Of a stretch of 64,000 bases of DNA, positions 48,275-57,110 are shown one piece after another; the stretch's first letter is position 1; every line of letters starts with the position of its first letter. Source of the DNA: Desulforegulaceae bacterium (GTDB lineage: Bacteria > Desulfobacterota > Desulfobacteria > Desulfobacterales > JACKCP01). A program made the translations under genes and the position numbers. The stretch covers positions 7,959 through 71,958 of the forward strand of contig JAVERC010000002.1 in assembly GCA_034007295.1 (NCBI GenBank), in the 5' to 3' direction. Under the pieces are notes generated by a model. The model did no database searches. It saw only the letters and a list, made by a program, of their open reading frames with translations, and had not been told where the DNA came from.

Positions 48275-48592
48275 TTAATAATAAACAGCAAGCCACAAAG
48301 TCTCTATATTTTTCTCAGTTGCAAGGACTCTGTGTCTTGAATGGGGCTCAATATTCAAATAATCCCCTTTTTTGAGATAAATTGTTTTTGAATTTTTTTC
48401 AAACTGAAGAAGTGCACTTCCCTGTAGCACTAAAACAAATTCACTCATTTTTTCGTCATACCAGAAATTTTTTGGCGAGGATTGACCCTTTGAAACAATT
48501 TTTTCAATTTTGATATTTTTAGTTTCAATTATTGTTTCAAACAACTCTTTTTTTATTTTTTCAGGGATATTTTGAAAAAATGAGCCTTTCAT
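48275..48592 (-). CDS. Cupin-domain protein
   Basis: IEKIVSKGQ..P..WYD...EFV...GDY..I....HRV...TLWLAV. Confidence 0.85.
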   Translation of the reverse strand: MKGSFFQNIPEKIKKELFETIIETKNIKIEKIVSKGQSSPKNFWYDEKMSEFVLVLQGSALLQFEKNSKTIYLKKGDYLNIEPHSRHRVLATEKNIETLWLAVYY

Positions 48593-48598
48593 GAAAAT

Positions 48599-48988
48599 TT
48601 ATCTGCTGAAATCTTTTATTGAAGATATAAGCCCGTTTTCAGAAATTTCAAATTCTGTATATCCTTCAATTCTGATTTTATCGCCTTTTAGAATATCTTT
48701 TGAAATATCTTGTGCAAGTATTCCGTCAAAAAAGATTTCTGCTGTTGCAGTATTGTTTTCAACTGCAATTGTAATCATTGTTTTTTGTTTGGATTCAAAA
48801 ATTTGGGCTGATGATCTGCATATTTCCAAAAATTCTTTAATTCCTTTTGTTTTTACAATGGAATTTTTTTCTGTCAGATTTTCAAAGGAAATATCAGGGT
48901 CTAAAATTTCAGTCATGGATTCAAAGTCAGATTTGTTAAATAAGTCAAGATAATTTAAAACTATTGATTTTATTGTTTCTCTGTCCAT
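48599..48988 (-). CDS. SnoaL/NTF2-like protein
   Basis: Y...FN..D......D..FEN.....GI and a C-terminal G.I..I.D. Confidence 0.75.
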   Translation of the reverse strand: MDRETIKSIVLNYLDLFNKSDFESMTEILDPDISFENLTEKNSIVKTKGIKEFLEICRSSAQIFESKQKTMITIAVENNTATAEIFFDGILAQDISKDILKGDKIRIEGYTEFEISENGLISSIKDFSR

Positions 48989-48995
48989 TTTTTTC

Positions 48996-49706
48996 CTATT
49001 TTTTTTGAAAATACAAAACTATGCTTTTTCCACAGACCGGATTTAAAATTTTATCAAGAAATTTTGTAATAAATGGCTTTTTTATAATATCCCACTCAAG
49101 AAATTTTTTGTAGATATTTACTGCTCTGCTGTCTTCACGGCTTGGACCAACCAGACATTTTAGCCACCAGTAGGGAGAGTGAAGGCTGTGTGCAAAATGA
49201 TATCTTAAAAACCTGCAGTTTTTGTCTTTAAAAATATTTTTAATCTGACTTTTCCTGTAAATTCTAACATGTCCCTGATTTGCATTAAAATAATCATCTG
49301 AAAGCATCCAGCAGATTTTTTCGGGCCATGTTCTTGGAACACTTACAGCAAGTGTACCGTTTTTTTTAAGAACCCTAAGTATTTCAGAGGCAGCCTTGTT
49401 GTCATCTGGAATATGCTCCATTACTTCTGAACATATTACTATGTCAAAGGATTCGTCTGCAAATGGAAGCTTTGTTATGTCAGATGTTACAAGATTCCAT
49501 GTTCCTCCGCCTGAAAAGCCAAGTTTATCGTGATATTCCAGGCGGTCCTTTGCAAGAAGAAGATCGTTATAATTAAGGTCTGCTCCAACAGACATTACAT
49601 TTTCACGGGAATAAACAGCAGCAGTGTGTCTGCCGGGGCCGCTTCCTATATCTAGGACTTTTGCTCCTTTTTTCATTGGCAGATATTTGAAATCAACGGT
49701 TATCAT
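48996..49706 (-). CDS. Class I SAM-dependent methyltransferase
   Basis: VLDIGSGPGRH, LPFADESFD..ICSEVMEHI, WPEKICW.LS and HSLHSPYWWLKC. Confidence 0.9.
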   Translation of the reverse strand: MITVDFKYLPMKKGAKVLDIGSGPGRHTAAVYSRENVMSVGADLNYNDLLLAKDRLEYHDKLGFSGGGTWNLVTSDITKLPFADESFDIVICSEVMEHIPDDNKAASEILRVLKKNGTLAVSVPRTWPEKICWMLSDDYFNANQGHVRIYRKSQIKNIFKDKNCRFLRYHFAHSLHSPYWWLKCLVGPSREDSRAVNIYKKFLEWDIIKKPFITKFLDKILNPVCGKSIVLYFQKK

Positions 49707-50934
49707 AAATTACCTCCTCATAGGCTTTAATGGTTTTTTCGGCAGCCTGTCTCCATGTAAATTTTGAGTGAACCCTGTTGAATCCTGCTTCTCCGAGTTC
49801 TTTTCTTTTCTGGGGATTATCGAGAAGATAATTAACAGCATTTTCAATTGCCTTTGGATCTTTTGGGGGAACAATAATTGATGCATCACCTGCAACTTCG
49901 GGAAGTGCTCCGCCTGAAGTTGTAATTACTGGTGTTTTTGTTGCCATTGCTTCTCCTACAGGAATACCAAATCCTTCATATACAGAAGGTACAACAGCAA
50001 TAGTTGATTTTGCATATTCTTTTACAAAATCGTGGTGTGAAAGCCTTCCTGTAAAATTTACGAGATTAGAAATGCCAAGTTTTTTTATAAGCTTTTCAAT
50101 TCCGCCGTTTTCTTTTGGTTTACCAATTACAGTAAGTTTAATTTCTCTTTTTTTAGAAATTTCATAAACTGCCTGGAGAAGATAATAAAGACCTTTAAGC
50201 GGAGTATCTGCACTGTTTGTACATATCAGAGTGTTTGGTTCCCTGTTTATTTCTTCCATTGGGTGGAAAAGATCAAGATTTATTCCGTTTGGAACAACAA
50301 TAAATTTATCTTTGTCTATTTTATATTCACGGGAAATATCGTTTTTGGAAAATTCTGAAACTGTTATAATTTTAGGAAGTTTTCGTGAAACCCTTTTCTG
50401 CATTCCAATAAATGAATACCATCTGTAATGTTTTAGTTTTTTCCAGGGAGCTCTTACGCTTGCAATGGCAAGTTTTCTGTCAACAGTCATAGGATGATGA
50501 ATTGTAGCAATTACTGGAATTTTTCTGTTTATTGCCCAGATGCCGTATGAAAGCGATTGATTGTCGTGGATTATATCGTATTTGTCAAATTTGTTCTTTA
50601 AATAGTCATAGGCTCTGAATCCAAAAGTAAATGGTTCTGGATACCCCATTGTGCTTACTCCAAGCCATTCCATAAGATTTACAGGACTTTTAAGCTCCTT
50701 TGCAGTCGGTACTCTGAAAAGATTTTCAGGATCATAAAGATCAAGGGTTTTTACTGGAATAAGATTAACTTTTCCTTCTAAAAGAGGGTCTGGAGGTCCT
50801 GCCAAAACATCAACGTGGTGACCCATTTCAGCCATTTCCCTTGCAATATTTCTTACATAGACACCCTGGCCGCCTGAATGAGGATTACTTCTGTAGCTTA
50901 TGATACAGATTCTAAGTTTTTTTTTCTTTGACAT
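49693..50934 (-). CDS. Glycosyltransferase family 4
   Basis: SYRSNPHSGGQGVY, HDNQSL, SADTPLKG and YEGFG.P..EAMA. Confidence 0.92.
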   Translation of the reverse strand: MSKKKKLRICIISYRSNPHSGGQGVYVRNIAREMAEMGHHVDVLAGPPDPLLEGKVNLIPVKTLDLYDPENLFRVPTAKELKSPVNLMEWLGVSTMGYPEPFTFGFRAYDYLKNKFDKYDIIHDNQSLSYGIWAINRKIPVIATIHHPMTVDRKLAIASVRAPWKKLKHYRWYSFIGMQKRVSRKLPKIITVSEFSKNDISREYKIDKDKFIVVPNGINLDLFHPMEEINREPNTLICTNSADTPLKGLYYLLQAVYEISKKREIKLTVIGKPKENGGIEKLIKKLGISNLVNFTGRLSHHDFVKEYAKSTIAVVPSVYEGFGIPVGEAMATKTPVITTSGGALPEVAGDASIIVPPKDPKAIENAVNYLLDNPQKRKELGEAGFNRVHSKFTWRQAAEKTIKAYEEVIYDNR

Positions 50935-51020
50935 ATATTTACTCTGATTTGTTTAGTATAAAAAAATTGAATTACGTCTAATAAGGGAAAGCGTCAAGGA
51001 AAAATTGTTTAAACTAGGTT

Positions 51021-51536
51021 TTAGTTCCTGAGGGTAAACTCGTCAATATAAATGTATTCTATGTTGGAAAATATACGTTTTCTGATCTGATTTTCTATTA
51101 TAACAAGGATTTCATCTTTGCTGCCTGTGCTTATTTCTTTTCCAGAATATGGTGATACAGCTATTGATGCTGCAAATGAAATTCTTTCCCATTTTCTTCT
51201 CATTTCTTTTATTCCGTCTGAATCGCTGAATCTGAAATCAAATGAAATGGAAAGATAGCTTCCGTCGGAAAGTGAAGTAGAAAATCTAGTTTTAAATGAA
51301 GGTAAATTTTTTATTTCTTCTTTTGAAGGATTTCCCTTGTTGTTTTCTGTGATTTTTCTTTCAGTAAAAAGCCTGTATTGCCGGTTTCTTGTCTGATAAA
51401 TATCTCCAAGTCCTTTGAATTTGAATTTTCTCTGATAATATTGGTGATAAATAAGGCCAGAAGCTGTGATAAAAATTAAAAGAGCTGTAATAATAATATA
51501 TTTAATGTATTTTTTTTTCTTATTGGTTTTATTCAT
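51021..51536 (-). CDS. FliL-like single-TM protein
   Basis: Basic N-terminus, one TM, then F.TSL....YLSISF and a C-terminal IEYIYIDEF. Likely ATG 51536. Confidence 0.6.
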   Translation of the reverse strand: MNKTNKKKKYIKYIIITALLIFITASGLIYHQYYQRKFKFKGLGDIYQTRNRQYRLFTERKITENNKGNPSKEEIKNLPSFKTRFSTSLSDGSYLSISFDFRFSDSDGIKEMRRKWERISFAASIAVSPYSGKEISTGSKDEILVIIENQIRKRIFSNIEYIYIDEFTLRN

Positions 51537-52593
51537 CAGGATTGTACCTTGCTTCAAATCTTATTGAGAGAATTTTACCAGGCTTGAGCTGTGGAACAAT
51601 ATTTATATCCCACTCTATTTTAATATTTCTTTGATCAAGAGCAGTTATTTGTGCATAAATTTTTTCTCCTGCCTGATCCTGGATAAATTGTGGGTCATCA
51701 TCTGAGTATATCTCGTAATCTAGTAAGTTTGTGTGCTCTTTAACAAATTCACACTGCCAGTCCCAAAGTCTTGCATCTCCCGAAGCCATAACTTTTTCAA
51801 ACATTTTGAAGCTGTCAAATATTACAAAGGATCCATCTTCTGAAAGTTCGGCCTGATAACCACTTAAATGATTCAAAGTAAAAAATCTGTCAACTATTTT
51901 TATAAGTTGATTGCCTCTGTATAAAAACATGCTCAAATGCCATGGGTCTCCACACATAGTGCCTTGTCTGTTTATGCAGCCTTTGATTCTTAGTGCTTTT
52001 GTTCCATCAGCCTTTGTATAATAATAAGGTTTTCCTGTGAAGTATTCACCTTTTACAAGTTCAGTCTGGGGATAATAGGGCAATTCGTTTTCTACATATG
52101 ATATATAGTTTGAAAAATGGTTTGTTTCAAAATAAATGATTTTTTTATCTGGATCTATATTTTTTGGATTGACTTCTGTCCATTTGCCAAGGATAGGGTC
52201 GTAATATTTTATGCCTATTTTTTGTGATGAATCTGAAAATCTGGGAAAGTATGGAATACCAAGTGTTATTTTTTTATTAAATATAAGACCTTCAGGAGAA
52301 AATTTAATGCAGTCTCCGGCCTGGCTTATTTCAGGTTCAAGATCAGCTGGCAGATAATCCTGTTTTTTCAAGACTATGGTTTCATTTGAATTTAGAGCGT
52401 TTTCAGGAAAAATTGCCAGGGCTTTGCTGTCTGAAAATTCAAGGTCTACAATACCGCCTTTACTGCCAATTTCTTTGGAAGATGTCAAAATTTTGTCATT
52501 ATTTGTGTTTGTTGTTTCATTATTGTCGCATCCATGGGATGACATTATTAAAACTATCATTATAATTGATTGGAAAATTTTTGAATGTTTCAT
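51529..52593 (-). CDS. Lipoprotein with ZU5-like N-terminal domain
   Basis: SHGC lipobox; IGSKGG..FPENAL..FSPEGL.F.K..TL.IPY..W..V...ETNHFS.Y. Confidence 0.7.
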   Translation of the reverse strand: MKHSKIFQSIIMIVLIMSSHGCDNNETTNTNNDKILTSSKEIGSKGGIVDLEFSDSKALAIFPENALNSNETIVLKKQDYLPADLEPEISQAGDCIKFSPEGLIFNKKITLGIPYFPRFSDSSQKIGIKYYDPILGKWTEVNPKNIDPDKKIIYFETNHFSNYISYVENELPYYPQTELVKGEYFTGKPYYYTKADGTKALRIKGCINRQGTMCGDPWHLSMFLYRGNQLIKIVDRFFTLNHLSGYQAELSEDGSFVIFDSFKMFEKVMASGDARLWDWQCEFVKEHTNLLDYEIYSDDDPQFIQDQAGEKIYAQITALDQRNIKIEWDINIVPQLKPGKILSIRFEARYNPDE

Positions 52594-52680
52594 ATTATTC
52601 TCTTTTTTGAAATATTTTTAAATTAATATTTAAGGTGATAAAAGCAATTTTTGTACCAAAAAAGAAAGGGGTTTTTAGAA

Positions 52681-53013
52681 ATGGATGAAATTTTATCTAA
52701 ATTTCCGGTTTATCTTGTAAACAAGTTTAAAAATATTCCTGATCCGGAAAAAATGAATGTTCTTGAAAATGCAAAACTTTTAAATATTTCTGAATTAGAA
52801 CCAGATGAGGACATGATTGAAGCCTTTGATGAAGCAATAAGATATAAGGATGCTAAAGTATCGCTTATTCGGCTTATGCTTGAGGGAATAATAGAAGATG
52901 ATGTAAATGACAGGCTTGAAGCAAAGGAAATTGCAGCTTCCCTTTTGAATAAATATCCTATTTCAGAGGTGATGAAAGTTTATGAGGAAAAGTACAGGGC
53001 AGAGGCAAATTAA
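52681..53013 (+). CDS. Hypothetical protein
   Basis: Codon usage resembles neighbouring genes; likely ATG 52681; first gene of a + strand operon. Confidence 0.6.
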   Translation: MDEILSKFPVYLVNKFKNIPDPEKMNVLENAKLLNISELEPDEDMIEAFDEAIRYKDAKVSLIRLMLEGIIEDDVNDRLEAKEIAASLLNKYPISEVMKVYEEKYRAEAN

Positions 53014-53512
53014 GGTTATCCTTGTTATGGCTTTGACTGCTGATGGTTTTACTGCAAGATTTTCCAATGAGTACACTGACTGGTCTTCTGCTGCTGATAA
53101 AAAGCTTTTTTTAGAAATATCAAAAAAAGCAGGGGTGGTAATAATGGGGAAAAATACTTATAATACATTAAAATCACCCCTAAAAAACCGTCTAAATATT
53201 GTTATGGGTAAAAATGATATAAATCAGGTGGAAAAAAATTTGAGATTTTTTTCAGGAGATCCTTTACTTCTTCTTGAAGAACTTGAAAATCAGGGCTTTA
53301 AAGAAGCTGTTTTATGCGGAGGAGCTTCAACAAATACAGTTTTTTTTGAAAAGGATGCAATTGATGAGGCAGTATTTACAATTTCACCTTTAATGTTTGG
53401 TAAAGGAATTTCTGTGTTCAATACCAAAATTAATTGCAGGCTTTTTTTAGAGGAATGTAAAAAAATAGATAAAAATACAATTATGCTCAGATATCTTTTT
53501 AATAAGGAATAA
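52982..53512 (+). CDS. Dihydrofolate reductase / RibD-C family protein
   Basis: VILVMALTADG, W....D...F, IMGKNTY, PL.NR.NIV and GGA. Confidence 0.85.
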   Translation: MRKSTGQRQIKVILVMALTADGFTARFSNEYTDWSSAADKKLFLEISKKAGVVIMGKNTYNTLKSPLKNRLNIVMGKNDINQVEKNLRFFSGDPLLLLEELENQGFKEAVLCGGASTNTVFFEKDAIDEAVFTISPLMFGKGISVFNTKINCRLFLEECKKIDKNTIMLRYLFNKE

Positions 53513-53514
53513 TC

Positions 53515-54363
53515 ATGAAAAAAAATCTAACTCAAAAACAGGGGCCGCCGGTTTTTGTGATATCATGCGGAGAAGGTATAAACGGTGAACAGCTTTTAAA
53601 ATCAGCACTTGTTCAGTTCCCTGATTACAGATGCCAGTTAAAAAAAATTGCCCATGTCAAAAGAAAAGAGCAGGTTGAAAAGGCTGTTCTAGAAGCTTTG
53701 GAAGTCGGCGGAATTATTCTTCACACCCTTGTTTCAGACGATATAAGAGCTCATCTTGAAAGTTTTGCCGCAAAACATAATATTTCAGCTATTGATGCAA
53801 TGGGGCCTCTTCTTGATATTTTATCAGAAAAATTTAATGAAAAACCAATTTGTGAGCCAGGAAGGTTCAGGCGTTTTAACCAGGTTGATATGAACAGGAT
53901 AAATGCAATTGAATTTGCAGTATCCCATGATGACGGAGTAAATCCCCATGATCTTGAGCAGGCTGAAATTATTCTTGTAGGAGTTTCAAGATCAGGGAAA
54001 ACTCCCCTAAGCATGTATCTTGCCTTTCAGGGATGGAAGGTAGCAAATGTTCCAGTTGTTATTGATCTGCCTCTTATTGAAGAACTTTTATTAGTTGACA
54101 AAAGAAGAGTAATTGCACTTTTTATTGATACAGAGCAGCTTATGTCCCACAGAAGAATCAGAAGGGGAAGGGTAGGTATGGATAATACAGGTATAGATTA
54201 TTCTTCAGCATCTGGTGTTTTTAAAGAGGTTGAGGCTGTAAGAAAGCTCTACAGGCAAAACAGGTTTACAATGATAAATGTCAGTAATAAGCCAATTGAA
54301 TCAAGTGCAGAAGAAGTTGTTTCTATTATAAAAAGAAGGTTTCCTGGTGGAGCTCATAAGTAG
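53515..54363 (+). CDS. ppsR: PEP synthase/PPDK regulatory kinase-pyrophosphorylase (DUF299)
   Basis: RINAIEFAV.HDDG, GVSRSGKTPLSMYLA and ANVP. Confidence 0.92.
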   Translation: MKKNLTQKQGPPVFVISCGEGINGEQLLKSALVQFPDYRCQLKKIAHVKRKEQVEKAVLEALEVGGIILHTLVSDDIRAHLESFAAKHNISAIDAMGPLLDILSEKFNEKPICEPGRFRRFNQVDMNRINAIEFAVSHDDGVNPHDLEQAEIILVGVSRSGKTPLSMYLAFQGWKVANVPVVIDLPLIEELLLVDKRRVIALFIDTEQLMSHRRIRRGRVGMDNTGIDYSSASGVFKEVEAVRKLYRQNRFTMINVSNKPIESSAEEVVSIIKRRFPGGAHK

Positions 54364-54522
54364 CTGCTGAACAAAAAAATTTAGTTTTCGGCCAACCACT
54401 AAATAGCTGATGAACCAAAACGGCCTTTTTTGTCCATAAAATACTAAATGTATTCAAAGGTTAAATTTTTAATATTTTTTGAACGGAAATAAAATTAAAG
54501 ATTTTAAATCAATAACTAAAAA
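54357..54522 (-). mobile_element. Tandem MITE family 1: 37-bp mini-copy plus degenerate copy
   Basis: TAAGTA-[54363-54399 mini]-TAAATA-[54406-54516 deleted copy]-TAAAAA. Confidence 0.75.
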
Positions 54523-54540
54523 TTTTGAAATTATAAAAAT

Positions 54541-54570
54541 AAAAAGCTCCGGATTATACCTGGAGCTTTA
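54541..54570 (-). terminator. ftsY terminator
   Basis: Minus strand AAAGCTCC(A)GG-TATAAT-CCGGAGCTTTTT. Confidence 0.75.
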
Positions 54571-54577
54571 TTTTTTA

Positions 54578-55582
54578 TCAGGCTAAAATCGCATCTAAAA
54601 ATGACTGTGGATCAAATTTCTGGAGATCCTCAATTTTTTCACCAACTCCAATATATTCAACTGGAATATTAAATTCTTTTTGAATAGCTGCAGCAATTCC
54701 ACCTTTTGCTGTTCCATCCATTTTAGTAATAATAATTCCAGAAATATTTACAGCTTCATTAAAAATTTTTGCCTGGTTAAGTGCATTTTGACCTGTTGAA
54801 GCATCAACAACAAGAAGTACTTCATGTGGAGCTCCTTCAAGGCGTTTATTTATTGTTGATCTTATTTTTACAAGTTCCTTCATAAGGTTGTCTTTGTTGT
54901 GAAGCCTTCCAGCAGTATCAATTATAATAATATCTTTTTTTCTTGCAATTCCTGCATCAACACTGTCAAAGGCCACTGCTGCAGGGTCAGTTTTTTCTTT
55001 GTGTCTTACAAAATCACTTTCAGATCTTTTTGCCCATTTTTCCAGCTGTTCAATAGCAGCAGCCCTGAATGTGTCAGCAGCTCCAATTAAAACAGATTTG
55101 CCTTCTTGGGAGAATTTGTAGGCAAGTTTTCCTATTGTTGTTGTTTTACCAACTCCATTTACACCAGTAACAAGAATTACATGGGGTTTTTCATAATTTT
55201 TTTCCTCAGGTTTTTTCATAAATGATAAAAGTTGGTTTTTTATAAAATTTTTTAGTTCTTCCGGGGATTTTATTTTTGATTCGTTTTGTTCAATAAGGGA
55301 TATAAGCTCCATGGAAGTTTTAACACCAAGATCTGATGAAATAAGCTTTTCTTCCAGCTCTTCAAGGTGTGAAAGGTTTAGCCTGTTTCCGGTAAACAAG
55401 TCTTCAATATCTGAAGTAAGAATTTCCCGGGTTTTTGAAAGCCCTTTTTTAAGGGATGAAAAAAAACCTTTTTTTTCTGTGGATTCTTTTTCTTTTGAAT
55501 CTTTAATTTCTTTTTTTAAGTTTTCTTCAATCCAGGTTTCATTAGAATTTATTTTCTTTTTACTTTTTTTCCCAAATATCAT
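54578..55582 (-). CDS. ftsY: SRP receptor FtsY
   Basis: GVNGVGKTTTIGK, DTFRAAA, DTAGR and TKMDGTAKGG. Confidence 0.98.
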   Translation of the reverse strand: MIFGKKSKKKINSNETWIEENLKKEIKDSKEKESTEKKGFFSSLKKGLSKTREILTSDIEDLFTGNRLNLSHLEELEEKLISSDLGVKTSMELISLIEQNESKIKSPEELKNFIKNQLLSFMKKPEEKNYEKPHVILVTGVNGVGKTTTIGKLAYKFSQEGKSVLIGAADTFRAAAIEQLEKWAKRSESDFVRHKEKTDPAAVAFDSVDAGIARKKDIIIIDTAGRLHNKDNLMKELVKIRSTINKRLEGAPHEVLLVVDASTGQNALNQAKIFNEAVNISGIIITKMDGTAKGGIAAAIQKEFNIPVEYIGVGEKIEDLQKFDPQSFLDAILA

Positions 55583-55751
55583 ATTTTTACCTCTTGAAAT
55601 TTAATTTTAATTTAAAAATTATCTGTGCTGAAATCTTATTTTTTTATAAGGTTCAGAAATTATTTTATTAAAAAAATTTATGCTGATAAATACATATTAA
55701 TTATGCAAAAAACAAGAAAAGTATTTACAGCCGTAAACCAAAGGTTTTTTT

Positions 55752-56552
55752 ATGCTTAAAACAATAATTTGCAGCGGAATATCTTGTGGTGAAAAAAAAA
55801 TTTTGGAAATAGCACAAATATACGAAATTGAGACTAAAGGCTGTACCATAAAAAATTCACTATCAAGCCCCAAAAAATTTGGTCTTGAAATTGCTTCATC
55901 TGAAAAGGATGCTGATTTTAAAAATGCTGAACTAAGTGACGGGGTTGTTTGCATATCAGAATCTGCCTTTCTAGAAAGCGGCTGTTTAATTGAATTGAAA
56001 AATTTTTGTATTCAAAAAAATATTCATTTTTATTTTATGGATATTAGTGTTTCAAGTATTCATTCAATATCTGACAAGCTTGGTAACTGGGTTTTTGAAA
56101 ATGGTATAACTTCTTTAATGTTTAAGACTGATTATACTGTAAATCCTGACAAATCTCAGTTAATAGGAAATATATTTGAGTGTCTTATTTATATACTTCT
56201 CATGAAAACAAATCCTGAAGCTCTTGCAGCACCTATTCATGTCAAGGCTCCTGATTATTCTTCGTGTTCTTATTCAGTAGATGCCGTTGTTAATGACCTT
56301 TTAAAAACAATTCCTTTAAAGGACAGGGTCATTATTTCAAATATGCCTGAAGCTGAACTCTCTGATGTTTTGCTTGTAATGGGAATTACAATTTTATCAA
56401 AATATTATTGGCCAAAAAATAATCTGCTTTTAAATGATTGTATAAAAATTTCCGGAAAACAAAATCTTGAAGAGTTTGAAATTGCTGAAATAATAATAAA
56501 AAAATTATGGGAAAATCTTAGAATTACTCATAGAATAAGAATATTAAAATAG
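55752..56552 (+). CDS. Degenerate SLOG (putative molybdenum carrier/YpsA-like) domain protein with helical C-domain
   Basis: MLKTIICSG...N.ELSDG echoes the MLKKIISGGQTG...NV.DSDG pattern; C-terminal V..VV..L.....LKD...I.NM.E.EL. Confidence 0.55.
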   Translation: MLKTIICSGISCGEKKILEIAQIYEIETKGCTIKNSLSSPKKFGLEIASSEKDADFKNAELSDGVVCISESAFLESGCLIELKNFCIQKNIHFYFMDISVSSIHSISDKLGNWVFENGITSLMFKTDYTVNPDKSQLIGNIFECLIYILLMKTNPEALAAPIHVKAPDYSSCSYSVDAVVNDLLKTIPLKDRVIISNMPEAELSDVLLVMGITILSKYYWPKNNLLLNDCIKISGKQNLEEFEIAEIIIKKLWENLRITHRIRILK

Positions 56553-56670
56553 TTAAAATCAGCTTTTTATAATTAAATCAGGTTACTTGACAATATTTTT
56601 AACTTTGATATTAATAAACAAATTTTTACTAACTTAATAGGGGAGATTTAAAAGTCTGTATTCGACTGCT

Positions 56671-56719
56671 TAAGTAGTGATTGTCCGAGAGCTGGAATTT
56701 TTTGTTCAGCAACTAAGTA
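56671..56719 (+). mobile_element. MITE family 1, 37-bp mini-copy
   Basis: TAAGTA-GTGATTGTCCGAGAGCTGGAATTTTTTGTTCAGCAAC-TAAGTA. Confidence 0.8.
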
Positions 56720-56865
56720 GTTATTATAAATTTTGACTTTGATTATGTTTTATTTTTTTATACACCACATCTTTTCAGAAAAATATTTTTACAAACCAGA
56801 TATTAAATTTTTTATAAATTTTAAAAAAATGGTTTCTATTCTTTTAATAAATTGAATTTTTAATC

Positions 56866-57016
56866 TAATTAGCGATTGGCCGAAAACGAGAATTTTGTTT
56901 CATTCAAGGAAGAAAAAAAATTTAACCTTTAGGATACATTTAGTATTTTGAGGATTAAATTTTGAATCTGACTTAAGAATGGACAAAAAAGGCCGTTTTT
57001 GTTCAGCAACTAATTA
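56866..57016 (+). mobile_element. MITE family 1, full-length copy
   Basis: TAATTA-GCGATTGGCCGAAAACGAG...AAGGCCGTTTTTGTTCAGCAAC-TAATTA. Confidence 0.9.
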
Positions 57017-57110
57017 TTTTTATTTTCTTTCAAAAATAGCCTGATGCTTTTGCATTAAATATTTTTGCAAGGACTAATATGTAAATTAATAAATATTTCA
57101 GGGAGTTAAT

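Noticed and set aside
53009..53011. ATT start for the DHFR-like gene
   Set aside because: It fits the expected N-terminus, but an in-frame ATG exists 27 bp upstream; this cannot be decided from sequence.
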